DNA from: Nitrosarchaeum sp.
Lineage (GTDB): Archaea; Thermoproteota; Nitrososphaeria; Nitrososphaerales; Nitrosopumilaceae
Direction of reading: 5' to 3'
Length of the DNA stretch: 64,000 nt
Assembly (NCBI GenBank): GCA_021414365.1
Contig: JAIOOR010000020.1
Span: 3,339 to 67,338, forward strand
Each line of letters begins with the position of its first letter. Within the stretch, counting starts at the first letter, position 1. The notes under the pieces are model-generated. The model saw only the letters and a list, made by a program, of their open reading frames with translations. It was not told the DNA's origin and searched no databases. A program made the position numbers and the translations under genes. Shown here one piece after another: positions 35,708 through 45,417 of the stretch.

Positions 35708-36220
35708 TAAACTTCTTTTTGTTTTTTCTACGCTTAAAATATCTGTATTTTTAACAACTGCAATTCCAGTTTTATTTCCCATCACTTCAATTAATACAAC
35801 TTTATCGGGAAATTCTAATGATACTTTATTTTTAATTTTTTTAGCAACTCTAGAAATTATCTCTTGACTTGAAATATTGGAATTTCTTTTTTCAATAGAT
35901 ATTCTATACGATTCTTCATTAGAAATTAATTTTAGCAACTCTAAAATTTCATCTTCGATACTTTCAATGTCTGTTTCTGTGACTTTTTGAATAGGGATTA
36001 TTCTAAGACAATATCTAATACACCATGGTTCATCTTTTATCATTTCTTTGATTCTTTTTACAACCTCTATAGGATCTAATTTTGTTTCAGCGGTTAAAAT
36101 TCCTGACATGTTAGTAATCGATATTATTGGTTCTGAATCTCCTATTTTTTCTAAAATGTCAATAAATTCTTGTTTTGTTTCTGATTCTAAGTGTCTAGCA
36201 CATGTTATTATTAGATTCAA
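35699..36220 (-). CDS. THUMP-domain RNA-binding protein
   Basis: MNLIITCARHLE... ferredoxin-like N-terminus plus a THUMP-like C-terminus (YRISIEKRN...VVLIEVMGNKTGIAV). Confidence 0.65.
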   Translation of the reverse strand: MNLIITCARHLESETKQEFIDILEKIGDSEPIISITNMSGILTAETKLDPIEVVKRIKEMIKDEPWCIRYCLRIIPIQKVTETDIESIEDEILELLKLISNEESYRISIEKRNSNISSQEIISRVAKKIKNKVSLEFPDKVVLIEVMGNKTGIAVVKNTDILSVEKTKRSLSE

Positions 36221-36471
36221 AGTATTTTCAAGATCTCACTTCGTGTTAAAACTGCTTCTGTTACATTTTCAAGATTATTTGTTTTATTACACTTAAATTT
36301 CAATTATTTTTTCATATTTTTTCTTTCATTAGTGATTTACATCTGAATAAGTTTTTTAAAGAACAAAAATTTCAAATAATTTAACATGTCCAATCCATCA
36401 TCTGAATACGAAGATACAGATTTTGAAGATGATTTTGATGATGATATGGATGAATTTGAAGAAACAGAAGA

Positions 36472-36759
36472 TTAAATTGTTAGACCAAAGTTGTCTGCAA
36501 AAGTCGTGAATGTATAATATGCTTGTAGAAACTCTCTTCCTGTCTGACTAATTTTGTATTTGTTTGAACCCTGTGCATCCACACGTTCTAACAATCCTTG
36601 AGAAACAAGTGTTTTCAAAATTCTAGAAATTCTAGAATGTGAAATGTTAGCTTTTCTAATAAGATAAGTTACTGTTGCTCCATCTTGATCCTGAAGATCA
36701 TCACGCGTAGTAGCTAGTATTTCTCCAATTATTTTCATGTGCGTTCTATATTCAACCAT
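36472..36759 (-). CDS. small winged-helix DNA-binding protein (paralog of 29815-30096)
   Basis: YRTHMKIIGEIL...KANISHSRISRILKTLVSQGLL...ISQTGREFLQAY..F....FGL. Confidence 0.7.
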   Translation of the reverse strand: MVEYRTHMKIIGEILATTRDDLQDQDGATVTYLIRKANISHSRISRILKTLVSQGLLERVDAQGSNKYKISQTGREFLQAYYTFTTFADNFGLTI

Positions 36760-36885
36760 GGCTATTCCTTGTATACGCTATTTTCGTAATTTCTATGTGA
36801 GTAAGGCGATATTTTGTAATGTACTAAAAAGATAAAATTATTTGACAAATTTTCTTTTTGTAATTAATTTGAGCCTGACAATTAA

Positions 36886-37527
36886 TTATTCTAAATTATC
36901 ATCGAACTTTATCTTAGTTAAGGGAATTTTACTTATTGGGATAAACAACGCAATTAATCCTCCAATTTTTATGATCATAGAAACTGGATATAATATTGAT
37001 TCTGGAAATACAAATGAATACCATCCTAAAAATTCTCCAAGAGCTAACAATGCCAGTCCAATTGCTACAGATATGGCTCCTTTGTTTTTATTTTCAAAAT
37101 ATGACAACATTGTTTCAATTGCTCCATAAGCTAGTAAAATAAACGACACTGATCTAAAGATGTGTTCTATTTGTACTGAGGATACTAAGAATAATGGAAA
37201 AATTCCAACTGCTTTAAAATATCTTGATTTAGGAAAAAATGATTTAATGCTATGTGAAAATGCTATGAAAAAATATCCTACTGTTTGAATGACAATTCCT
37301 AAAGTTTGGATCCATCTTTCTATGTTACCTGATTTTATTATGAAGTCTTCTAACATATATCCAGCCCATATTACAAAAAATCCTGCACTGATTGAAAAAA
37401 ATGCAATTGTTAATCTAAATAATGTTGGACTACCTGTATTTCTAAATCCAATTAATGACATTATCCCTATGATGAGTCCTACCAAAAATCCCACCAAATT
37501 TAGTATGTTTTCTAATAAAAATTCCAA
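36886..37527 (-). CDS. polytopic membrane protein (213 aa, about 6-7 TM helices)
   Basis: Hydrophobic throughout. No motif. Confidence 0.6.
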   Translation of the reverse strand: MEFLLENILNLVGFLVGLIIGIMSLIGFRNTGSPTLFRLTIAFFSISAGFFVIWAGYMLEDFIIKSGNIERWIQTLGIVIQTVGYFFIAFSHSIKSFFPKSRYFKAVGIFPLFLVSSVQIEHIFRSVSFILLAYGAIETMLSYFENKNKGAISVAIGLALLALGEFLGWYSFVFPESILYPVSMIIKIGGLIALFIPISKIPLTKIKFDDNLE

Positions 37528-37587
37528 TGATGTTTAACGATTCATCAATCTAATTATTTTAATCTGCTGAATGATTTTACTATGTTG

Positions 37588-37797
37588 TTAATCCCATTCA
37601 TCTAGTGAACCTGCTTTCTGCCCTTCAGTGCTTCCTGTATAATCCCCAAGAATGTCTGAATACGTTGTTTCATTATGTGCCACAAACTTGACATATTCAC
37701 CATAACTCATATCCAAATCACATGAATTACATTTTACAAATGAAAAATCCATAGATAGTTCTGCAGTTTTCTTGCATTTTGGACATTTTATCTTCAC
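37588..37797 (-). CDS. small zinc-ribbon protein (69 aa)
   Basis: CPKCKK...CNSCD. Confidence 0.5.
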   Translation of the reverse strand: MKIKCPKCKKTAELSMDFSFVKCNSCDLDMSYGEYVKFVAHNETTYSDILGDYTGSTEGQKAGSLDEWD

Positions 37798-37873
37798 ACT
37801 TGTTTTTGAATTTGTTATCTATTATTACTTTACATCAATAAAAGATAAAAGGAGTTCTGATTTGCTATCTTCT

Positions 37874-38155
37874 ATGAGTCGAATTTGTACAAAATGTAAA
37901 AGCTCAATTCTTGATAGTGAAGTACTTGATGTAGTTGCTGAAAAATATCCTGTTTGTAACAAATGTTGGGCTGAATGGAAAGAATATCGCGTAATGGTAA
38001 TGAATGAAATGAGGCTAGATATGTCCATGTTGGACCATAGAAAACTATTGAAAAAACATGAGAAAATCTTTGTAGGTGTGCTTTCTCCTGAAGGAGAAAT
38101 AATAGATTATTCCAACGAAGATAACAGAAAACCCGATAAACTTCCAGACGCCTAA
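37874..38155 (+). CDS. YggX-like (Fe(II)-trafficking / oxidative-damage protection) protein with an added CxxC pair
   Basis: From the ATG at 37874: MSRICTKCK...VCNKCWAEWKEYRVMVMNEMRLDMSMLDHRKLLKKHEKIF aligns by eye with E. coli YggX ([33 protein letters not shown]). Confidence 0.6.
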   Translation: MSRICTKCKSSILDSEVLDVVAEKYPVCNKCWAEWKEYRVMVMNEMRLDMSMLDHRKLLKKHEKIFVGVLSPEGEIIDYSNEDNRKPDKLPDA

Positions 38156-38613
38156 ATCTTCAAATATTTTTTTGCGCTATCTGGTATTACGATCATTATT
38201 CTTCTCTTGTCCTCGGTATTTAGGTCATTGATTATTTTCCTAATTGTTTGTGAAAGAATCTCTTTTTTCTGCTCATCTAGTGTTAAGAAGATCTCTAATA
38301 TCCCATCTAAATTAAACACAATTAATTTTTGGGGGTATTTAGAAATTTCATTGATATACCCTGAAAATAATTCACTTCGTTGATCTTCCGTAAGTGTAGT
38401 TAAGATCTCTAACCATGTCTTAAATAATTTTGAAAAATTTGGAAAAGGAATTGTAGGTCCTGCTTCAAGAGCATTATTGATAATTTCTTTTTTTTCTTCA
38501 TATGACATTGAGAAAAACTCTATCATTCTTTTTTTCAAAACAGGTATTCTAAGAAAATCTGGAAGATTTGCCAAGATTACTATGATATTTCCTGCATAAT
38601 TTGGTCCTGCCAC
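38152..38613 (-). CDS. hypothetical protein (153 aa)
   Basis: Clean ORF, no motif. Confidence 0.5.
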   Translation of the reverse strand: MAGPNYAGNIIVILANLPDFLRIPVLKKRMIEFFSMSYEEKKEIINNALEAGPTIPFPNFSKLFKTWLEILTTLTEDQRSELFSGYINEISKYPQKLIVFNLDGILEIFLTLDEQKKEILSQTIRKIINDLNTEDKRRIMIVIPDSAKKYLKI

Positions 38614-38664
38614 TAATGATCTGTATTTTTAATTGGATATTAAATCATCTGACAACACTTCAGC

Positions 38665-38672
38665 TTAAATAA
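38665..38672 (+). promoter_or_regulatory. TATA-box-like element upstream of purA
   Basis: TTAAATAA centred about 25 nt upstream of the ATG at 38693, which suggests a leaderless or very short-leader mRNA. Confidence 0.3.
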
Positions 38673-38692
38673 ACGGAATTTGGATTTGAAAT

Positions 38693-39694
38693 ATGACTGC
38701 TACTGTTGTTGTTGGTGGATTTTTTGGTGATGAAGGAAAAGGAAAGATCATATCATATCTGGCAATGAAAGATAATCCAAAAATTATAGTTCGCGGTGGT
38801 GCAGGTCCAAACGCTGGTCATACAATTAGAGACGGTGATAAAATATACAAAGTTAGAATGCTTCCTAGTGGATTTTTAAATAAAAATGCTAAAGTGATGA
38901 TTGGTCCTGGAGTTGTAATCAACCCATCTGTTTTATTAAAAGAAATACAAGACTTTGATGCATCGGGACGCGCATTTATTGACAAACATTGTGGTATTAT
39001 TGAAGAAAGTCATCTTGCACGTGATTCTAAGGGAGATTTAAAAGAAAAGATTGGAAGTACTGGTTCTGGTACTGGTCCTGCAAATTCCGATAGAGCTATG
39101 AGAGTTTTAAAATTGGCAAAGGATGTTGATTCTTTATCGTCACTAATTGTAGATGTTCCTGCCGAAATAAATTCCGCACTTTCTTTAAATCAAAATGTTT
39201 TAGTTGAAGGAACTCAGGGCACATTTTTATCTTTATGGCATGGAACATATCCTTTCGTCACCTCAAAAGATGTTACTGCTTCAGGAATTTGTGCTGATGT
39301 TGGACTTGGACCAAAAAAAGTAGATGAAGTGATTGTTGTATTCAAATCATATGTTACACGTGTTGGTACTGGACCGTTAGCAAAAGAACTCACGCTTGCT
39401 GAAGCCGAAAGTAAAGGTTGGTCTGAATTTGGAACTGTTACGGGTAGACAGAGGCGTGCTGCTGATTTTGATTTTGATTTAGCTAGGCGTGCAATCATGC
39501 TCAATAGTGCAACACAAATTTCTATAACAAAATTAGATGTAATATTTCCAGAATGCGTAGGCAAAACATCTTTCGAAGAACTTTCTAAAGATGCTCAATC
39601 ATTCATAAATAATATTGAAAATAAATTAAACACGCCTGTAACAATAATTGGTACTGGGCCTGCCATCAATGAAATCATTGATAGAAGAAAATAG
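38693..39694 (+). CDS. purA: adenylosuccinate synthetase (short archaeal form)
   Basis: VVGGFFGDEGKGKI, GPNAGHT, GSTGSGTGPA and TVTGRQRR. Confidence 0.92.
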   Translation: MTATVVVGGFFGDEGKGKIISYLAMKDNPKIIVRGGAGPNAGHTIRDGDKIYKVRMLPSGFLNKNAKVMIGPGVVINPSVLLKEIQDFDASGRAFIDKHCGIIEESHLARDSKGDLKEKIGSTGSGTGPANSDRAMRVLKLAKDVDSLSSLIVDVPAEINSALSLNQNVLVEGTQGTFLSLWHGTYPFVTSKDVTASGICADVGLGPKKVDEVIVVFKSYVTRVGTGPLAKELTLAEAESKGWSEFGTVTGRQRRAADFDFDLARRAIMLNSATQISITKLDVIFPECVGKTSFEELSKDAQSFINNIENKLNTPVTIIGTGPAINEIIDRRK

Positions 39695-39743
39695 GCTGAA
39701 AATTTTTGGGTAAGTTTAATTTAGTATTCCTCAAAAAATAATT

Positions 39744-40406
39744 GTGGATAAATTACCTCGTTACATTCAAGTATCTTCCACGTTGGAATTTTCTAGATTA
39801 GTATGTGCACTTGAGCGTGCACCACGCGTATCTTTTCTTCATGAACACAATGGCCAAAAAGTTTTATCAGTTCAAATGGATATCTTAAAAGAAAAACCAA
39901 TTGTGTATTATACACCATTTGAACATAATGGTCATTACATTTGCTATGGATTAAAAGGTGGAAAAGAGGAATCTGACATTGTAAATTCTACATCTGATGC
40001 AAGTAAACTTTATTCTCCTATTGTTCGAATTAAATCTCTTCCAGATGCATTAAAACCTGGAAATGGAACTGCGGATAGATATTTACCAATTGAACTTGAA
40101 GATCTATCTAGTCTTGCAAAACTCACTTGGGGTTTTGAAGAAACCCCTTTTCCATTATTCTTATTCCCTCACTCTGATAAATGGCTTATCGGAGTTTTTA
40201 TGAATTTTAATGAAGAAGGAACTTCTTATTTTTGTCATGTAGTTCTTAATTCAGATCCTGAAAAACCATTCCTAAAATTTACTACTAGTAATGAAGCTGA
40301 TCCTTCATTCGTCGAAAATCCATCAGAACACGGCTACTCATACATCAAAATTATAAAACTAAAAGATACACATCCGTTAGTTGATTATGGCCACCTTCAA
40401 AATTAG
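39744..40406 (+). CDS. hypothetical protein (220 aa)
   Basis: GTG start. No motif. Confidence 0.5.
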   Translation: MDKLPRYIQVSSTLEFSRLVCALERAPRVSFLHEHNGQKVLSVQMDILKEKPIVYYTPFEHNGHYICYGLKGGKEESDIVNSTSDASKLYSPIVRIKSLPDALKPGNGTADRYLPIELEDLSSLAKLTWGFEETPFPLFLFPHSDKWLIGVFMNFNEEGTSYFCHVVLNSDPEKPFLKFTTSNEADPSFVENPSEHGYSYIKIIKLKDTHPLVDYGHLQN

Positions 40407-41124
40407 AATTTCTCAGATCTCAAAAAAGAATGGAAGTATAATTCTCGCTAATGACTATGATTCAACTGTTAGTAATCTAGAGGCAAAAACTATTCAAAAT
40501 ATCAAAAAATTACATCCTTATCTATGTGGAATTAAATTAAATTTTCATTTATTGCTGCCTCTTGGTTTTAAAGAAATTTCTAGAATCAACAAAACTGCTC
40601 ATGATTATGGATTACAAACAATCGCTGACATTAAATTAAATGATATTGGAAATACAAATAAAGTTACTACTGAACATCTTTGGCATTTAGGTTTTGACGC
40701 AGTAATTGCTAATCCAATTATGGGATTAGATAGTCTAAAACAATTGGTAAAATCATCTCATAAGGAGAACAAAGGTGTGATCACATTATGTCATATGAGT
40801 GCCCCTGAAGCTAAATTATCATATGATATGGAAATTAAGATGGGTAAAAAACAGCAACTCTATCAATTATTTTTAGACTGGGCTATTGCATCCAAAGTTG
40901 ACGGAATTGTAGTGGGTGCAACATTTCCAAAAATTATCCAATACTGTAACAAAAAGGCAGGAGTAAATCTGGATATATTTTCACCTGGAATTGGTACTCA
41001 AGGAGGAAGTGCTAAAGAGGTAATTTCTGCTGGTACTGACTATCTAATTGTAGGTAGAACAATAATTAATTCTAAAGATCCAATTAGTGTTTTAAAAGAA
41101 TTACAAAAGCAAAGTTTTGTCTAG
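40381..41124 (+). CDS. pyrF: orotidine 5'-phosphate decarboxylase
   Basis: ILAND, IADIKLNDIGNT (DxKxxD), and SPGIGTQGG...IVGR. Confidence 0.85.
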   Translation: MIMATFKIRISQISKKNGSIILANDYDSTVSNLEAKTIQNIKKLHPYLCGIKLNFHLLLPLGFKEISRINKTAHDYGLQTIADIKLNDIGNTNKVTTEHLWHLGFDAVIANPIMGLDSLKQLVKSSHKENKGVITLCHMSAPEAKLSYDMEIKMGKKQQLYQLFLDWAIASKVDGIVVGATFPKIIQYCNKKAGVNLDIFSPGIGTQGGSAKEVISAGTDYLIVGRTIINSKDPISVLKELQKQSFV

Positions 41125-41526
41125 TAGTAATTTAGATTTTGTTAAAATTGATTTTGCATTTTCAAATGTTGTTTTTTCTATAGCTGCTTGATAATTCATC
41201 CATGCATAATCAAGATGTTCATGAGATATTGAAATTTCTTTAGTTTTTGTTTCTGCTAAGAAAAAAACAACTTTCTTATGAACCAACTCTCCTTGATACT
41301 GAAAATTGTATTCTATCCATTCTTCAAAATTATCCATAAATATAATATCTGTGATTCCGGTCTCTTCTTGTGTTTCTCTTATGGCTGTTTGATGAATTGT
41401 TTCACCTTCTTCCATTTTACCCTTGACAAAATCCCAATGACCCGATGGATAATTTAACAATAAAAATAAAATTTTTGAATTCTCTTTTCTAAACAAAACA
41501 ATACCCGCGGATGTTTCTTCTATCAT
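41101..41526 (-). CDS. NUDIX hydrolase
   Basis: Nudix box GKMEEGETIHQTAIRETQEETG. Confidence 0.85.
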   Translation of the reverse strand: MIEETSAGIVLFRKENSKILFLLLNYPSGHWDFVKGKMEEGETIHQTAIRETQEETGITDIIFMDNFEEWIEYNFQYQGELVHKKVVFFLAETKTKEISISHEHLDYAWMNYQAAIEKTTFENAKSILTKSKLLLDKTLLL

Positions 41527-41543
41527 TTTTTTATCATTCCTAA

Positions 41544-42305
41544 TTATTTTCCTAATCTTCTTTTTCTTTCTTGAAATGTTCTAATGGCTCTCATCAAATC
41601 AATCTTTCTAAATTCTGGCCAAAATATGTCCATAAAAATCAATTCACTATACGCACTTTGCCACATAAGAAACCCACTTAATCTTTTTTCACCAGATGTT
41701 CTTAAAATCATATCTGGTGATGACTGTGGTAAATGTGATGTGTATAAATTGGATTCAATTTCTTTCTTATCTATGTCACTAACAGTAAGAGTTCCAATCT
41801 GAATTTTTTCAGCAATTTTTTTTACAGCATCTACTAATTCATTTTGTCCTCCATATGCTAATGCGATATTGAGAAAATGATTATCATAATCTTTTGTTGC
41901 TTCATCTAATTTTTTTAGAATATCTTTAATTGAATCTGGAAGTAATTCTATTCTTCCAATTCCTTTGACTTTCATTTTATTTTTATGAATTCTAGGATCA
42001 TTGTACAGCTTTTCTAATCTGATGCGAATCAATTCATAAAGATGTTTTAATTCGTCATCATCTCTATCTAGATTTTCTGCTGAAAGAGCATACAAAGTAA
42101 TTATCTTTATGTCAAATTCCTCACACCAATCCAAAAGATTTTCTACCGCATCTGCCCCTTTCCAGTGACCTGTTTTTGGAACTGTGAGGTGTCTTTTTGC
42201 CCACCTTCTATTTCCATCTAAAATTAAAGCAAGGTGATTTGGAATATCCCCACCTCGAATTTCATTTTCAAGTCTTTTTGAATAAATTTTGTAAAGCCCT
42301 GACAA
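41544..42305 (-). CDS. uppS: cis-prenyltransferase (undecaprenyl/tritrans,polycis-diphosphate synthase)
   Basis: HLALILDGNRRWA, TLYALSAENL, LRTSGEKRLSGFLMWQSAYSEL. Confidence 0.9.
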   Translation of the reverse strand: MSGLYKIYSKRLENEIRGGDIPNHLALILDGNRRWAKRHLTVPKTGHWKGADAVENLLDWCEEFDIKIITLYALSAENLDRDDDELKHLYELIRIRLEKLYNDPRIHKNKMKVKGIGRIELLPDSIKDILKKLDEATKDYDNHFLNIALAYGGQNELVDAVKKIAEKIQIGTLTVSDIDKKEIESNLYTSHLPQSSPDMILRTSGEKRLSGFLMWQSAYSELIFMDIFWPEFRKIDLMRAIRTFQERKRRLGK

Positions 42306-42420
42306 TTGAAATGCTATATCTTTTACTTTGTTAATGTCTAATCACCTATGTCATCTATTGTAAACTAGATGATATCAGTGTTTTTTAAAAATAATGTTAT
42401 TAAAGAAATTATTACAACTT

Positions 42421-43569
42421 TTAGTCCGAAATCATCTCTTGACGTTTATGTTTTCTATATTTTTTAAAGAGAATGGTAGCCGAGATCAAAGTAGCTGCAA
42501 GACCTGCTAGCAAAGGTGGCACAAGAGTAATTGAGCCTACATCATAATTCATCATAATGATGATAAATTGAGAAGTGATAGGATACAACGCTATCAAAAC
42601 TATAATTCTTAAAATATCGCTAATTTGTCTTGGAATGCCTCCTATCCAATTACTGAGTAATATTCCTGCAAAAATTGCACCTAAACCAATCCATAATGTT
42701 GGTAATACACCAGTGACAAACTCTCCAATTATTATTTTATCTGTAATAATTGTAATTAACTCTGAATCTTTTTCTATTAATTTTTGATCAACTGAATTAA
42801 TTCCTGCAGGTATTGATGATAAGATCAATAAAATACCTGCAACCATTGTAAATATTCTGATAAAACCCATTGGTGTAGGTTTTGTTAAATTAGCCCAAGC
42901 TCTATCTACATCAAAAGCTCTAATCAAAAATGCAGCACCTAAAATGCTTACAAGTACTGCAAATATTTCTGCAGTGTATCCAAAAATTGTACCAATTCCA
43001 CCAATTAACAAAAGTATTCCCGGAACTCCAAGGAAAAATTTTGAATATTTAGAATCATATGCTAACATTTTTAGATATTTTCCAAAGACGGCGTATGAAT
43101 ACTCTACACTTCTACTTACTTTCATAACAACTCTTTGTACCGAAATAACTGGTAATACATTTTGAATTACTGGAATTACACTTTCATCATCTTCTCCATC
43201 TGATACAATTACTGCTCCATTTGCAGAAAATGACTCTATAATTTTTTTTATCTCCATTAGAATTTTTTCGTCTGCTTGAACTCCTCTTTTTTTAATTCCA
43301 GCTACGATCACCACTTCAGCTTGATAACCTTTACTTATCAAATCCTCATATGTTTTAATTGCAGCAAACATTGAATTAGAATCCGCATCTTCTGGATCTT
43401 CTAATGCTAATCTCTGAGCTGCATCAATACACGCATTTCTTCCAATAACTGGTGTTGTAATGCCAGCTTTTTCACCTATGTCATTATCTCTATCGACGCA
43501 AATTACTAGTAATTTACTAGCAGTAGACGCATTGACATCTTTTTCTATCTTGTCTGAGCTCTGAGACAT
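42421..43569 (-). CDS. DUF373-family integral membrane protein
   Basis: Soluble N-terminal domain LLVICVDRDNDIG...EDPEDADSN followed by about 7 TM helices. Confidence 0.65.
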   Translation of the reverse strand: MSQSSDKIEKDVNASTASKLLVICVDRDNDIGEKAGITTPVIGRNACIDAAQRLALEDPEDADSNSMFAAIKTYEDLISKGYQAEVVIVAGIKKRGVQADEKILMEIKKIIESFSANGAVIVSDGEDDESVIPVIQNVLPVISVQRVVMKVSRSVEYSYAVFGKYLKMLAYDSKYSKFFLGVPGILLLIGGIGTIFGYTAEIFAVLVSILGAAFLIRAFDVDRAWANLTKPTPMGFIRIFTMVAGILLILSSIPAGINSVDQKLIEKDSELITIITDKIIIGEFVTGVLPTLWIGLGAIFAGILLSNWIGGIPRQISDILRIIVLIALYPITSQFIIIMMNYDVGSITLVPPLLAGLAATLISATILFKKYRKHKRQEMISD

Positions 43570-43641
43570 TATTTGTTCTAACTGTTAAGTTGCTTTTTAA
43601 CGATTTCCAACTTTTAAAAATATTATACTTCTGTTTTGAGC

Positions 43642-44130
43642 CTAAGGTCTTGACTTGTCTGATTTATTGATTAATTCTTGTGATTCTAACTTCAATGATT
43701 CTATTTTTTGTAAGACTTCAGTACTGTTTTGCCCTTCTTTTAACATGTTTGCCACAACTTTTGTTTCTATAATGTACGAATTGAATTTTTTCAAAGCCTC
43801 CATATAACTAATGTAGCTCTCCTGCCATTTTTCAGAGGGTTTGGATGTTACAAATTCACTAATCTGAACAGTAACCTGCGACAACGTTCCATCTGCTATT
43901 TTTATATAATCATCAGGAGCGGTTTTTCCATCCAAAAGATTTTGAAATTCTTTCTCTATATCGTCTTGTAAAATTTGATGAATTTTCTTTACTCCATCAA
44001 GATAATTTTCATAATCTGATACTACCAAAGTCGATGTAGTTTCTTGAGGAATTACCCAAAAGAGAAAACTAGCCGCGGTTATTGCTGCTAAAATAATTCC
44101 TGTAATCACAACTCCTTTTTTGGATGCCAT
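43642..44130 (-). CDS. membrane-anchored hypothetical protein (162 aa)
   Basis: One N-terminal TM helix. No motif. Confidence 0.5.
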   Translation of the reverse strand: MASKKGVVITGIILAAITAASFLFWVIPQETTSTLVVSDYENYLDGVKKIHQILQDDIEKEFQNLLDGKTAPDDYIKIADGTLSQVTVQISEFVTSKPSEKWQESYISYMEALKKFNSYIIETKVVANMLKEGQNSTEVLQKIESLKLESQELINKSDKSRP

Positions 44131-44379
44131 TTTGTTTTTACTGAATAATGGTGCTTATAACTGGTGAACTTTAAAACATTGTCTAATATTGGATAAATGT
44201 TAAAAAAAACAGATACTAGTGAAATTCTTATCATAAATATTAAAAAAATTGCAATATTTATTATGATTCTTTATAATACTTCATTTTTATCATATAAAAA
44301 AATTTACACACATCTAGTCTATAGTTAAATATTTTTCACAGGCTCTTCCTAAATACCACCTTGTGCGACATTTTCTAGA

Positions 44380-44523
44380 ATGGTACAAGCATATTGCGTA
44401 AAATGCAGAGCAAAAAGGGACATCAAAGATCCCAAAGAAACTAAACTAAAAAATGGGCGTCCTGCTGTTAAAGGCACATGTCCAACATGTGGAACTAATG
44501 TCTTCCGAATAGGGAAGATGTAG
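44380..44523 (+). CDS. 47-aa zinc-ribbon protein (not in the ORF track)
   Basis: MVQAYCVKCRAKRDIKDPKETKLKNGRPAVKGTCPTCGTNVFRIGKM contains CxxC-x24-CxxC and is basic. Confidence 0.5.
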   Translation: MVQAYCVKCRAKRDIKDPKETKLKNGRPAVKGTCPTCGTNVFRIGKM

Positions 44524-44576
44524 GCCTACAAAATCCACACGATTTCTCTTTTTCAAAAACCAATATAGGGTACAGT

Positions 44577-45014
44577 ATGCACAATTTCTCAGTGGCTAAA
44601 TCAGACTATGAAACTCTCCTTAAACGGATTCAAGATAAACTAGGGGATTCTCAAAAAGCATCCAAAACTAGATTTGAACTTCCGGTAGTTGATGTAATGT
44701 GGGAAGGACAAAAAACTTTTCTACGCAATTTCTCTGAATTTCCAAAAGTTCTTCGTCGTGACCCTGAAAAAGTTCTTCAATACCTTTCTAAAGAATTCGC
44801 AGTTCCTGCTGAACGTTCAGGTGATAAAGCAATGTTTGTCGGAAGAAGAGCTCCTGATGACTTTACACGTCTCTTTCAAATTTATGTTAAAGATTATCTT
44901 GAATGTCATACTTGTAAAAGTCCAGATACCAAGATTTTGAAAGAAAACAGAATCTCCTTTTTGATTTGTGAAGCATGTGGTGCAAAATCTACTTTAAAAG
45001 GTAAATATGCGTAA
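44577..45014 (+). CDS. eif2b: translation initiation factor aIF2 beta subunit
   Basis: eIF2-beta/eIF5 core with the C-terminal zinc ribbon CHTCKSPDT...CEACGA. Confidence 0.9.
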   Translation: MHNFSVAKSDYETLLKRIQDKLGDSQKASKTRFELPVVDVMWEGQKTFLRNFSEFPKVLRRDPEKVLQYLSKEFAVPAERSGDKAMFVGRRAPDDFTRLFQIYVKDYLECHTCKSPDTKILKENRISFLICEACGAKSTLKGKYA

Positions 45015-45310
45015 TGCAATTCTCGATAAAAATTACTGAATATCAAAAAAATTTAATGCTAAATATCTGTGATGCAGAACTCTTAGGAAAAAATATCATT
45101 CAAAATGAATTGACAATGAAAATTAGTGAGAGCTATTATGGTGATCAAATAATTGAAAAAGACGAAGCTAAAAAATTACTTGAAAGTTCAACAATAATTA
45201 ACATGGTTGGAAAAAATACAATTTCGCTTTCGTTAGAACTTGGAATCGGTTCTGAAAATGGAGTAAAAAAAATTTCTGGAGTACCTTTCTTAATTGTTTT
45301 TAAAATGTAA
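45014..45310 (+). CDS. DUF424-family protein
   Basis: ...LNICDAELLGK...YYGD... pattern. The start overlaps the aIF2-beta stop. Confidence 0.6.
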   Translation: MQFSIKITEYQKNLMLNICDAELLGKNIIQNELTMKISESYYGDQIIEKDEAKKLLESSTIINMVGKNTISLSLELGIGSENGVKKISGVPFLIVFKM

Positions 45311-45417
45311 TGTGTTTAAATTACAAATCAATCAATGATATGTTGATAACATGATAATATCTATTTGTAAACATGATAAAGGAAATCTCTTTTATCTAGT
45401 ATCTTCAATAATGTCTA

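Noticed and set aside
36386-36475. A 29-aa extremely acidic ORF (MSNPSSEYEDTDFEDDFDDDMDEFEETED).
   Set aside because: Low-complexity GAT/GAA-rich sequence with no supporting signal. Its end overlaps the convergent wHTH gene stop. It cannot be distinguished from chance.
44131-44379. A 250-nt very AT-rich gap, considered as a possible replication origin.
   Set aside because: No orc1/cdc6 gene is adjacent, and I could not find repeated ORB-like boxes. It is more simply a long promoter or terminator spacer.
45340-45385. AACATGATAA direct repeats (two copies about 22 nt apart, plus AATGATATG) upstream of the RIO kinase gene, considered as box C motifs or operator sites.
   Set aside because: No matching box D/CUGA at guide spacing is present. 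Short AT-rich repeats like this are expected by chance in this composition.
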